A stretch of DNA of 63,701 bases, the filler included, from Reticulomyxa filosa (taxonomy: Eukaryota; Protista; Foraminifera): NCBI GenBank assembly GCA_000512085.1. It is 22 parts of 22 records of this genome, joined end to end, with 100 filler letters (N's around TTAATTAATTAA, not from the genome) between each part and the next. Parts side by side here need not be neighbours in the genome. Positions count along the whole stretch, not along the records: positions 10,435 to 14,362 come from ASPP01001825.1; positions 14,463 to 16,956 come from ASPP01010376.1; positions 17,057 to 18,482 come from ASPP01036225.1; positions 18,583 to 20,345 come from ASPP01026056.1; positions 20,446 to 31,668 come from ASPP01007153.1; 17 more parts are not named here. One strand, written 5' to 3'. The first letter of the stretch is position 1. Every line of letters begins with the position of its first letter. A program made the position numbers and the translations under genes. Below the pieces are notes generated by a model that was given only the letters and a program-made list of their open reading frames with translations, ran no database searches and was not told the origin of the DNA. Shown in pieces: positions 14,178-27,100 of the stretch.

Positions 14178-14340
14178 TGTCATTTTTTCAACTTCAAAAA
14201 CTTGTATGATTGATTTAATTCTGTTTGAAAAGATTAATAAAGCAATTTTTTCACCAATAAATAAACGTAAATATTTCAAAATTTTTATTCTCATTAGGAA
14301 TTTGTTTTTGGCATTTCTTAATGTTGCAATACTTTTATAA

Positions 14341-14362
14341 TACAGTAGATTGCAAAAAAAAC
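14341..14362 (+). mobile_element. Partial copy of the 41-bp TA-bounded element at a contig end
   Basis: TA-CAGTAGATTGCAAAAAAAAC is the reverse complement of the 3' part of the copy at 34394-34432. Confidence 0.65.
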
Positions 14363-14462
14363 NNNNNNNNNNNNNNNNNNNNNNNNNNNNNNNNNNNNNN
14401 NNNNNNTTAATTAATTAANNNNNNNNNNNNNNNNNNNNNNNNNNNNNNNNNNNNNNNNNNNN

Positions 14463-16956
14463 ATCTGATCCTACTTTACATTCAATCGAAGAAATCATTG
14501 TTTGCTTTATTTTTTTTTTTTTTTTAATGCTATTAATACCATGCCAATGCAAATACAATGATAACAACAATAAAAACAACAACAAAAACAGGACGACATT
14601 CCCAAAATCACACCTTTGCCATTTCAAAAACAACGAAGCGTAGAAGAGGCTGAAAAACTCTTGTATTTGTCAAGACCCAGTCAGCCCATTCGTGGTGTAG
14701 ACAAGATTGAAATGAGCGAGGCCGAAGAGCAAAACAGACTAGCCCTTCCTCAAAATATGAAGGCTGATGAAACCTTTGATTATTTGTATGCGCTGGAACT
14801 GGAGTTGCATCCACACGAATATGTATGTCTTCACTCTATTTTCCTCAATCAACTTGTATGCTTTTCCTTTCCTTTTATTTCATTTCATTTGTTTGTTATG
14901 TTAATCTCCTACAAAAAAAAAAAAAAAAAAGCATTGCAATTGTAATGGATACAGGTCTACAACGACGACATTCCAAAAATAAATCCATTGCCTTTCCAGA
15001 AAGGACGAAGTGTGACGGAAGCCGAGTCGCTGTTGAGCTTGTCCAGACCCACAAAACTTATTCGAAACGTAGAAAATGTGGATATAAGCGAAAGTGCAAT
15101 TCAAAAGTATTTGGTGAATCCCCTTGCCATGCCCGCTGACATTTTGGAGGAAGACACTCAAGTCTTGTCACTTGAGTATCATCCAACTGAAGTGTGCAAA
15201 AAAAAAAAAAAAAAAAAAGAGAGAAATAAATAAGTCATGACAAAGCTTGTGATATATACATATATGCATATATATGTGTATAATACCATTATACTTTTCT
15301 GTTTGGACTGATAAACGACAGCCATTGAACGATATTCCAGAGATTGACGCGATTCCACGTAAACCAATGCGAAGTGTGGAAGCTTCCGAACAACTACTGA
15401 GCTTCTCAAAGCTAAAACCGATGATCCGCAATGTGGAGAATATCAGTTTGAGCGAAACGGACATTCAAAAGCGCTTCGGACTCCCTTTGCAAATAGATGA
15501 CGACGAAGGCGTGCAAGAGAATCTCGAGTCACTTGCGACAGAATTGCACCCGAGTGAGCAAAGCATTTCGTACACGAGCGAAAGCGACATCCCAAACATC
15601 ACTCCTCTGCTATTTCAAAAGAACCGATCTTTGGAAGAAGCGGAGCAGTTGTTGCATTTGTCCAAACTCAAGCCGTTGATTCGTGGTGTCGAAAAGACAA
15701 ACCAGAGCGAAACGGAGATACAAAAGACATTGCTGTCGGCCCAAAATATGAAAGTGGACGAGTCGAGCATTGAGCTTTATCCGATGATGAATGACTCCCC
15801 TACGCTAATGGTGCTTCGATCGCGACCGTCCAAAGATACTATGCCTCTCCAATCAAAGATGCCATCATCGACTCCATCCACCGCTGCGGTAGGAGGAGGA
15901 GGGGTCAAGACACCCCCTGGGTCCAAAGGAGCTTCAATTCCGAACAAGGAAAAGGAAAAGAGGAAAAGACAAAGAAAGAGAAGGAAGAAAGAGAACGAAA
16001 AGAAAGGAAAAAAGAGAAAGAAAACAAGAAAAAGAAGCGCAGACGATACGCGAGAAACAAGAGAGAGATCAGCGAGAGAAAGAGGAAAAAGAAAAGGAGG
16101 AGAGACAAACAAGAGAAGAAAGAGAAAAGAAGGAAAAAGAGGAAAAGTCAAAGAAATACAAGGAGGAGCAAATAAGAAAAGAAAAGGAAGAAAAAGAGAA
16201 AGTAGAAAAAGAAAAGAAGCAAAAAGAGGAGCAAATAAAAAAGAAAAAGAGGAGAAAGCAAAGCAAGAGAAGGAAGAAAAAGAAAAAAAGAGAGAGAACA
16301 AAAAACAAAAAAGGAAAAGGAGGAGCAGATTAAAAAAGAAAAAGAGGAACAGATTAAAAAAGAAAAGGAAGAGAAAGCAAAGAAGGAAAAAGAGGAAAAA
16401 GAGAAAAAGAGAGGGAAAACAAAGAGAAAGTGGAGAAAGAGAAGAAAGAAAAGGAGGAAAAGGCAAAGCGAGAGAAAGAGGAAAAAGAAAAAAAAGAGAG
16501 AGAAAAGAAGGAAAAGGATGAACAAATCAAAAAGGAAAAAGAGAAAAAAGAGAAGGAAAAGAAGGAAAAGGAAGAGCACATCAAAAAAGAAAAGGAGGAG
16601 AAAGCAAAGAAAGAGAAAGAGGAAAAGGAAAAACGAGACAAAGAAAAGAGAGAAAAGGATGAGCAAATGAAGAAAGAGAAGGATGAAAAAGCAAACAAGG
16701 AAAAAGAGGGAAAACGAAATAAAGAGAAAGAGGAAAGGGAGAGAAAGAGCCGCGAAGAAAAAGCAAAACAACTCCAAACACAAAAAATCACAGTCCAAGC
16801 GCCAAAGGAACAAGCAAGTGCTGCGGAAGAGGCAAATACGATTGTCACCAAAACTATCACCATCGGACAAGACGGCCAAACAACCACACCTCCTCAAGTA
16901 CAACAAGACATCAAAGAGCCAACAAAAGCTCCAGAACCGATAAAGACTCCAGAACC
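14463..16956 (+). CDS. Protein with tandem ~77-80 aa repeats followed by a K/E-rich coiled coil (both ends truncated)
   Basis: Exons 14592-14822, 14955-15191 and 15322 onward encode DIP.I.P...K.RS..EAE.LL..S.....IR.V......E..........LHP.E repeats. The EKEK tract at ~15950-16780 has apparent homopolymer frameshifts. Confidence 0.75.
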
Positions 16957-17995
16957 NNNNNNNNNNNNNNNNNNNNNNNNNNNNNNNNNNNNNNNNNNNN
17001 TTAATTAATTAANNNNNNNNNNNNNNNNNNNNNNNNNNNNNNNNNNNNNNNNNNNNAAGTTCATTTTTGTAACTTTTTTTAGTTTTCTCTTGAGATAATC
17101 GTTGATGATGCAAGATGAAAAAATGCTTGAACTTTGTTTATAAAAGGATAAACTGAACTAAGATTCAACTGTTCAAAAACAGAATAAACTGTAAGATATT
17201 TGTGAATGAAATAAATGAGTATTCGTAAATTCAATCCAAAGGAAAAGCTATTTATGTAATTTTATTTGAATATTTCAATAAATATATTATGGATGAAACG
17301 AAGCCAGCAAATTGTACTAATGTCATATCGATACAACAATGTTATAAGTACTTGACATACTTTAAAATACGAATTAATTTTCATATATGTTCTGTTTAGA
17401 TCAGTTGTAATAAAAAACATTATATCCAGTTTTTCATGTTTTTGAAAAGAAAAATGGATTAAAATTATTCTCAACAAGATGTGCATTTAAGATAGTTGAA
17501 AGTTAATTTAATAATAAATATGCTCATCAGCTCTATTGCCATGATCATAAATATTTAATATAATTCATTTTGAAGTACATTTATCAAAAGAAATGTCCTC
17601 ACTTTGCTGTCTGCCTTTCAAATTTAGGACATCTTTTCTCTTTCTTATATCTATTGCTATATTCTTTCAAAAGATTTCAAATTTAAATATCAAGTGTTCT
17701 TCAAAAAAAATATATATATATATATTATGAATTATTACAAAAACAATCGTGTTTCGTTCTATACAGAACATATAATACTTGAAATATCTTGCAATTTTTA
17801 TTTATTATGATTTTTAATTCTTCAAAAAAACATTGAACGCAGTTTTTTCAATTTTTTAAACAACAAAGTAAGATAAAACAAATTTTTAAATGCTTGCATT
17901 CAATCAAATCAAACAAGTTTAATATCACCTTACTTTTCTTTTAATTAAACTTTTTAAAAAAAACAACTTCATTTATTATTCAACAAAAAGTAAAT

Positions 17996-18482
17996 TCATT
18001 CCCAAATACGAATGTGACCTTTGCCTAAACCATAACACAAATTCAAATCATAGTTGATACCATTTGTCTTCTCTTTCTTTTTCAATATAATAAATTTAAG
18101 ACACAATATTCCATCTTCATCATCTCCTTTGATCACATACAATTCTTTCTTATTTGATCGAATATCCCAAAAACGAATTGTGTTATCATCTGACCCAGAA
18201 CATATCACATTCGAATTACCAATACTATTCTTTGTTACAAATGGTGAATATTCAACAGCAAATACAAAACTTGTATGTCCATTGAACAATTGAATTTGTT
18301 GACCAGATCGAATATCCCACAAACGAGCACTTTCATCATCTGATCCAGATAATATTGTATTCAATAATTCATTTGATCCATATTTTACACTATTCACAAT
18401 TTCTGTATGTCCTTTGAATACATTTAATTGCTTGGTTGTTTCAATGTCCCATATTCGAATGGTTTGATCAAATGATCCAGAA
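17996..18482 (-). CDS. WD40-repeat protein, 3' part (5' truncated by contig end)
   Basis: SGSFDQTIRIWDIETTKQLNVFKGHTEIVNSVKYG...SGSDDNTIRFWDIRS...HIRIWE*, a paralog of 12822-14177. Confidence 0.9.
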
Positions 18483-18582
18483 NNNNNNNNNNNNNNNNNN
18501 NNNNNNNNNNNNNNNNNNNNNNNNNNTTAATTAATTAANNNNNNNNNNNNNNNNNNNNNNNNNNNNNNNNNNNNNNNNNNNN

Positions 18583-19010
18583 CAAAGCATCATAGAGTTC
18601 CAATGCAGCAGTCAAAAAGATTCAAATAACATCTCCAATATTGGGTGATATTAGATAACCAATGAATGGTTTAGTATTTGAATAGGTTGCTCTGCCTTCT
18701 TCCACCCACTTACAATGGTGGCAAAGTTATTATCTGCCAATATCATATAAGCAGCATGTTTGGCTACTTCCATGCTACCGCACATTCCAATTCAAATATC
18801 GGCCTTCTTTAAATCTGGAGCATCATTCATACTACTTCTTTGAGCTTACCAAATGTTGTTTGTGTTTCGTCATGGCTCTAGAAACAATGCTGCTTATTGG
18901 ATAATTCCATAAATTGTTTTCATTGAATAATTTGCCATTTAATCTTCATGCAAGTCAAACAATACAATTTTGCGACACACTTTTAAGCTGTTTTCTTATT
19001 GTCTACAGTA
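18583..19010 (-). pseudogene. SERCA-type P2A Ca2+-ATPase pseudogene fragment
   Basis: DNKKTA*...[77 protein letters not shown] matches the SERCA hinge-to-M5 region. Stops, frameshifts, and the TGDG motif is missing. Confidence 0.88.
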
Positions 19011-20488
19011 ATTACAATCACATTAGCTTTGCAAATCCGACTGGCGCAATAATTATAATGGGATGCTATAACTTGAAAGCAATTACAGTAGAATTAATGC
19101 AATGAAAGATAGAGTAAATAGTGATTAGTAACAGTTCAAAAATGTGAAGTCAAAATGCATGTCTATTTGCAAATATATATGATATACAAAGATCAACTGA
19201 CTATGACTACGACCACCACACTGTCGCTATGATGCTGACTAGCACTAAACTATTACTGCGACTGCAAGTTACTTCTTCTACAATCGATTGCTGTTTAGTG
19301 TCACCAGCAGTTGCTTGCGTTGATGCCGTGCATATTGTGACAAACATTTCCACTTGCTTTTTTTTGGCTTGTCGTCCTCCTAATTATTGTCTTATTTTTT
19401 TTGTTCTTCTTCGGTTTGGCTTTTATCTAATGTGGCATCGTCATATCAAATGAAAAAAAGAATAAATGAATTTATTATTATTGGTGCAATTATAATAAAA
19501 AAAAAATTAACTCTAGTATCGTCTTCATTGTTAGCGACCAAATGTTGTGTAATTTGATGTTTTTTTTTTCAGTTGTTGGGGCTTTTGTGCATAGAACATA
19601 TGAGTAACGTCAGAATTGCCATCGCCACCTTGGTCCTCTCCATGACGAGCTGATGACAGCTCTTTAATTTTGTCATTGATTTCATCTCTTGCTTTTGTGA
19701 CTTGATAAACTTTTCTTTCTGAAATCCAGTTTAACCAGATCTAACACAAAGTCAAGACAAGACAAACATCATCCAATGTCAATATACTCGTTCCGTAGAA
19801 TATAAAAAAAAACAATTAATAATTTGTTGGAACCGAAGAAGAAGGGATTCGAAAACAAAGCAAAGTAAAAAATAAAATGTTAACATGAACAATATTGGTG
19901 GTACCAGCGTCGATATCAATGGTATATGCTCTTCATGTCTTTCGTTGTTGGTCTCTCAAAAAAGTGACGGAGAGAATGAAGACAGAGTCACCAAGTTTTC
20001 GAACGATGAATTTTTATGATGGCTTTTTGAGTCGACGGTCCATCTTCATCAATACATTTTCACTATCGAGTTCGTCCAGGGGTTCATCTTGCAATGAACT
20101 GTCATCTGATATTTGAACATCTTTGCTTCTATCGATCAATATAACATGAGCTTCTTTGAACGAAACTAGCGTCCATTTTACATTCATTGTAAAATTGTTA
20201 CACATTATTCCAAGGAAATTGCATTTTGATTTTGCTTATTACTTCTTTATATGCCAACTCTTTGAATGAGTTTGTGTTCAAATGTGCAAAATTCATCATC
20301 TTGTGCAGTGTTTAGGATCGAAAAAGATTCTTGTTCCTTTTAGAANNNNNNNNNNNNNNNNNNNNNNNNNNNNNNNNNNNNNNNNNNNNTTAATTAATTA
20401 ANNNNNNNNNNNNNNNNNNNNNNNNNNNNNNNNNNNNNNNNNNNNAAAAAAAAAAAAAGGGTATGTACGTATACAAATGTGTAGTACA

Positions 20489-21047
20489 TTATATACATAT
20501 ATACACATGCCTGTTGAAAATGTCACAAGAACGAAGGACCAAAGTCTTTAAGGAGGCATAAAAGTGAAGAACCGACGATAAGTTAACACCACATTGCACG
20601 AGGGTAAGATGCTGGACAGAATGGTTTTGCTCCGAGCACGAGGTACTCCACAGCCAGCGAACCAAGCCAATGCTCTTGATCTGCGGATTTCGGTCCAAGA
20701 AAGCGACCCAAGGCCAGCCGTCGTGTCGAAACGAAGCGCTGCAAGTGGCAAACACGGAGACAAGCTTCGGGAAATGGCCGACCATGCAGTTGTCAAAGAA
20801 GTTGTACAGCCCACGTTGCTGACTGCAGTCCAAGTGGAGATGGGACATGTTTGTGCGAAGGGCGTCCATAAACGTGCAAAGTTTGGACGAGTTGAGATTG
20901 GAGTTTTGGTGATTTTTAGCCGTAGTGTTCACATGGGCAATGGCATTGGTACTAGTGGCAGCATCGGTATTCGTATTCGTGTTCGTGTTCGTATTCGTAT
21001 TCGCACTCACGTTCGTATTCATATTGTTATTATTATTATTATCATTA

Positions 21048-21082
<35 letters not shown>

Positions 21083-21868
21083 GTCATTGTCAGTGGTTAA
21101 GTGAAATTCAATGCTACGATTGCGATTACGACTGCGACTACGATTACGGCTGCGACTGCGATTACGACTGCGGCTACGACTACGGCTACGGCTACGATTA
21201 CGACTACGACTACGACTACGACTGCGACTGCGACTATTACTATTCATGCGACTACTACTACTACGACTACGACTACGACTAAGGCTACGCCCGAATCTGT
21301 AGCCGGTGAAATGACGATATCCATTAAAATCTCCAACATGAAACTCTGGAATTTTAAGGTCCCAATGCTTGCATTGGAAATAAGGATGCATGGAAGACAC
21401 ATGACAAAAATTCTTTCCTTGGATTAACAAATTCATCAAACAAAAACGAACGGGTTTCTGCGTGACACGTGATAACCATTTTCGAGATAATGCCAACATC
21501 TTTCTTGATACTAGTTGCAGTTGCACTATGCTCTTGTGGTCCAAGTAACTACACATCTCCACCATCAAGTCCGTCGCACTGTTCAGCAACACATTCTTCG
21601 ACTCTTTTGACCTCTTTGCCTCCACTTTTTCTTGCATTTTGCCCACATTTGTTGCTATCGCTATGCTTTGTCTCCACTCCTCCACGTTTATCGTGTCCAT
21701 GTTTTGATAGTACCATTGGAATATCAACTGCGATAGTGACTGCGTTTTTCCGAACACTTTTGTCATCACTTCACTCCAAAAATAAAACAATTGCTGACAT
21801 TCCAACGACGACACTTGTGAATGCAATTCACTCAACAATATTAATTTATCTGATTGTTGACTGTGCAT
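20489..21868 (-). CDS. F-box protein with RS-repeat and poly-Asn insertion and LRR-like C-terminus (3' end probably spliced or truncated)
   Basis: F-box-like LLNSATDLMVEMCSYLDHKSIVQLQLVSRKM, then an (RS)n tract and a poly-N tract, then LRR-like VQHLTLVQC and LKTLVLRSC. Confidence 0.65.
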
Positions 21869-22290
21869 TTCGATTATATCAATAATTGAAGTTTATTTAG
21901 ATCAAATATTTCTATGGGGACAAAAACTGCTATTGATGACCTTGTTTCTTGACTTTTGGTATTGAAAAACCTAATTTTGTTTTTCAACGCTCTTTGAAGT
22001 TGTGGATTGTAAGCAAACTCAGAACCTTAACAATTAACCTTTTTTTTTGAGATGTACATATAGCTAATATGACTATTACATAAAATATTTATTAAGCTTG
22101 AGAAAATTGAAATTATTATTTAGGATGTTTTTACAATTTGCATGCAAAAACATTTTAAAAAATTAACAGTATTGTCAGGTAGCACTGCCTCTGTTTTTCC
22201 TTTTTTTTTATTTAAAAAATTTGATTGTTTGGATTGGATAATCTCTTTTTAATTCAAGGAGCAAAAAGAAAAGTAGAAACCATTTTAACA

Positions 22291-23415
22291 ATGTCTCTCA
22301 ATGTTGATGAGCTGAAAAAAAGCTTGCATAGTTTAGAACGTGCCCTTTGTGAAGTCCCATTCCTGGAAAAACTACAAGACCAACTTGGTGTTTCTGTACT
22401 GTATTTGGTGACGGGAGTACTTGTAACACTGGGAATCCTCCTTTATGTGTTTTGTGGATTTAACTCGATTGCGTTAAGTAACTGCAACAAATGTGCAAAC
22501 GATAACATCTTGTTTTTTTTGTTGGGATTGAGAGTGCCTGATAAAATTGCGAAAGGGAGGAAAAAAGGGAGGAGTGAAAGTAAACGTAACAAACATACAA
22601 TCAAAAACAATGAAGAAAAACCATCACTTAGCCACATAAACGATAATAATAACATGTCAAATAATATTAGTCAACTGGTTGCGTATTTGTATCCTGCATG
22701 GGCATCGTTGAAAACAATAAGACATTATTCAAGAAAAGATGATAAAAAAGATGACAGTAAACTGTGGTTGACCTATTGGGTGATTTTTGGTTTTTTCGCA
22801 GGTGCATCATTAAAGTCAAAGTTTTTAAAAAAATCCCCTCTATACATGATTGACAACTAATTGTACATTTTTTTTTTGTTTTTTTGATTAATGTTATTTT
22901 GATCGGATTACATACGTAGCAATTTTTTTTTTTTTACTCTCTTTTCTTTCTTTCCCCTCAGAAAAAACAAAAATAAAATGACAAGATTAATGCACTATTT
23001 GAGCAGGAAATAAAACTAGGATCTTTTTCACGAGGGAAAGTATCGCAATTGTTGTTTGACTTTCCATGTTTTTTACATACACTTAAAAAAAACAGTGATT
23101 GAGTCAATAACAGATATAACGTTTTATTGGATTCCATTTTATCCTGTGGGAAAAATGTTCTTTTTCCTGTATTTATACCAAATGAGAGGAGCAGAGACAT
23201 TGTATAACAAATGTTTCAAAGATTTGGTCGCGAAAGGAGAATCCACTGAAAAGAAGGCCAAAGAAGAGTATCATGCAGAAGGAGGCGTTGTTAAGTATCA
23301 ATCCCCAAAATTTTTTTATTTATTATACGTAAACCTCTGGAAATTTTTTAATTTATTAATCAATTATCTTGATTGCATTTGTTTGAAATCTTTATAGAAA
23401 TCCAAAGAAAAGTAA
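22291..23415 (+). CDS. TB2/DP1/HVA22 family ER-shaping protein (Yop1/REEP5-like), 4 exons
   Basis: AYLYPAWASLKTI...DDSKLWLTYWVIFGFF|VIESITDITFYWIPFY...GAETLY. Introns at 22473-22670, 22802-23095 and ~23290-23397. Confidence 0.88.
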
Positions 23416-24109
23416 TTCAATTCACAATTTAGGAGGAAAAAAAAGAATTCTGACTCTTCAATAACACTTTAAATTTTTCTTGCTTGCTTTTTTTAGTTGT
23501 AGGTTTGGGTAGCTTTATTTTTGTTTTTTTTACTTTGCACTTTTTGTCTCCACAAAGTGTCCAAGTGTTTTCGTTTTTTTTAATTGTTTGACGGATATGC
23601 TAATTTCTTTTTTTTAGTGTTGTGCGAGTAATGTCTTTGAACAAAACATTGGTCTCGAAATCACAATAAGTTGGGATTTTTTTTTCAATTGAAAAAAAAA
23701 GTAGTAATAATCATCCCTTAGTTTTGACAAAAACGTTTCTTTTCACATTTGATAAATTTTGTTGGTCTTTCCTATGTGAAAGAGCTTTCTTATCAACTTT
23801 ATGCATTTCCACTAGCTTCTGTTTTTATTTTGGTGGCATCACTTTGTTTCTGAAAGTAAAATGAACAAAAAATATATGGACACATATGATGAGTAACTCT
23901 TTTTGAAAACACATTGTCTTCCCTCGATAAAAAAGATTTGAAAAGGACAGACAGAAATTATTTTTTGCTCTTATGTCAACATTTTCTTTTTTTAGGATTT
24001 CTTTTTGCTAAAATTAGGACAAGCCTCACAGTGAAAAAGATTCATGGTATTGCTAAACGCTCTTTTTTAATTACCCCTTTTGTTGCTTTACTCTCGAAAC
24101 AAACCTGAG

Positions 24110-27100
24110 ATGTTCAATAAGACACAAACAAAGAATACATTGCTCAAGATGGCGTTTTTTCGGCACAAAAGTGTTTTAAAGATCTTGCTAATTGGTGGGC
24201 TTTTCCATTTCTTGTTACTGATCTTTGGTTGGAGCCAGAGAGAAGGAATGGCAATAATGAGTTACAATGCAATAGCAAAAAATCCACAGTGCCATGTTGG
24301 AGTAGTGTCTACCTATCCTCCATCCAAATGCGGGGTGGCTGAATTTTCAAAGGAATTTGTCGCGTCACTGAGAGCAAATGAAAGATTTCGAGCTAATTGC
24401 ACAATGGAGGTATTAGCACTATCGACTGGAGGCACAATGAGAATGAGAAAAGAGGACGAAATAGTAACACGAGTATGGATAGAAAATGATTACCCGAGCA
24501 AGGTATTTTGGGAAATTAGCGAATATGTGAATACCCACGGATTTACACATGTAATTCTTGAGCACGAGTTTGGACTAACTCCAAACGTATGGCAATACGT
24601 AGATTTTGCAAGATGGCTCCATAAAAATATTGAACTGTATACTGTCGTACACTCACCAAAAGCCTATCCATCAGTGATTGAAATGGGTGTCATTAGACAG
24701 CTTTCGAAGATGTCAAAGTTCATGGTAGTCATGAGTTGGCACGCACATTACAGCTTTGTCCATGCGTACGGTATTCCCAAAGAAAAAGTCTTATTTATTC
24801 CTCATGGAATAAAAGAACCACAATTTCGATCCTCCGAACGTCCATTTTTCTCGGCAAAGGTAAGCGCGTTAGAGCCAAAGTTACGCAGTAACAATGTCGA
24901 CAACCATACTTCGGGCAGTGATCTTCCATTTTTGAATTTGCAAAGTTCTGATATCGTAGTACTTTCCAACGGATTGATCCGTTCCAGCAAAGGATTAATT
25001 CGAATGATTCGCAACTTGCCCAAAATTTTGGAAAAAGTTCCGAACCTTTATTTTTTTATAATTGGCGAGGAGCATCCCAACACCAAGTCCAAACATCATT
25101 ACATGGAAAGCCTTCTCAAGTATGCAGCGAGCATAGGTGTAAGTACACATGTTGTTTGGATTAACGAATACGTAACAGAACAACAATTGGCGAAGTACTT
25201 TGGACGTACCGATATCTACGTAACTTTATTTGATGAGATTGTTCCGGTATCGGGAACATTGCTAACGGCTATGTCTTATGGATTACCCGTTATTTCCACA
25301 CCCTATCGCTTTGCTGTGGAAATACTTTCCAATGGAACAGGTATCATCGTCCCATACGAAGATGACACCAAATTTATTGAGTCTGTGATCGCCATGGCCA
25401 AAGATATGTCTCTTCGAAGACAAATGGGAAAAAAAGCACAAGCGTTTGTATTGCAATGGAAATGGAATAAAGTTGCGAATCAATTTGCTTCATTAATTCT
25501 AAATCGTGCATTTATAAACAGACCCTCCGACAGACACGTGTATTTCAATCCTCTAGGGGAGCATCAGGACCACTATCACCGTCGTGATCAGTACAACAAT
25601 AATCGGGCTGCCAAAGGTCCAAAAAGCCAAAAAGTGCTCATTCCCTATTATCCACTTACCTTGGACCCATTTCAACATCAGCCTAAGTATGAATCGTTTT
25701 TTTCGTCTCCCACTTGGTCGCCTTTTGCTATACGTACCTTTGACGAACAACTGCTTCGAGGCGTGCACGAATCAGAGCCAGACGTGTCGATTAAACATCC
25801 AGGTGTTTATGCGTTGTATGTAGACAACTTCGTTCAAATCAATTGCAAAATTGAACAAAATACACTGTTATCCATGGTGGGAATCAAAACACACTCGCGA
25901 TGGATATACGTTCATGACGTATACGGGATTGATTATCGAGACATTCCAATGCCAATAAATTGGATGAAACAAAACAAAAGTGATGGCATCGAACAAATGA
26001 CAATAAATTGGGATCAAAAAGTGGTTGTTGTGGCATCAATCAATGTCAAAGTACATGTCCAAATTGTCCCATCCAATGGAATTGCGATTACATTTTCTGA
26101 AGTAAATAGATTTGCGTCTCCTCGGGGTCTGTTAGGCGATACGTTGCGCTGTCGCTATGATGAATCAATTGCCTGTCCAAAGGCAAAACTAAATAATTTA
26201 AAGTGGAGAGAGTGGCACATTCCGTCCGACCATTTGTTTGATCACAAAGCAGCTGGACAACATGTCATTTCCAATAATATCACTACGAATATACTCGATT
26301 TACCAGTATATGATCTATCTTCGTCCACGTTTAAACCTGTTCCTTCCACAAACCACACTCTCCATTTTGTTATCGAAGGACCGCTATTTACTCAAGATTC
26401 AATAGCTAAAATCAATCGCCAAATGTGGCTCATGTTACAACGTTATCCGAATATTAACGTTCTGCTAAAACCAACAGATGATATTTCAATTAAGGACTCC
26501 GAAATGTATTCTTCATTAGATATTTATCTTGCATTTTGTTATTTTGCTGCTCAGCCCTATGATAACTCGGATCAATTTCTCAATTCCAATGCGTTAGCAG
26601 TGATATTTCGACATGAAAGACTTCCAAACTTTCAGACACCAGAGTGGCCTCCGCGATACGTATACATCCATCAGCAACCTTGGGAGTTTGGAGCCATTCC
26701 CGAAAAATGGCTCTATCCTTTACAATATAAAGCAGATGAATTATGGGTGCCGTTCACATATTTCAAACAAGCTTATACTGTAAATGGGATTAATCCAGAC
26801 AAGATAAGCGTAATTCCTCAAGGTGTAGACTATCAAAGAATAGATAAGATTAATGGAAAATTTGACACAAACACGAGTAAAACGTTTAAATTTCTATTTG
26901 TCGGAAAGCAGTCTCTTCAGAAAGGCATTGATATCCTTTTAAATGTTTATCGAACCACTTTCACAAGGAAAGACGACGTGACTCTAATTTTACTCTTAAA
27001 TAATAATACTCACGAATATGCACCCGAACTGGAAAGGACATTACAAGACCCAAATGCTCCTGAATTAGTTGTTATACGTCGCTCACTTTCAACTTATGAG

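Noticed and set aside
15777-16906. F/L/S-rich minus-strand ORFs and the K/R-rich end of ORF 15274-16521
   Set aside because: Antisense and out-of-frame shadows of the EKEK tract.
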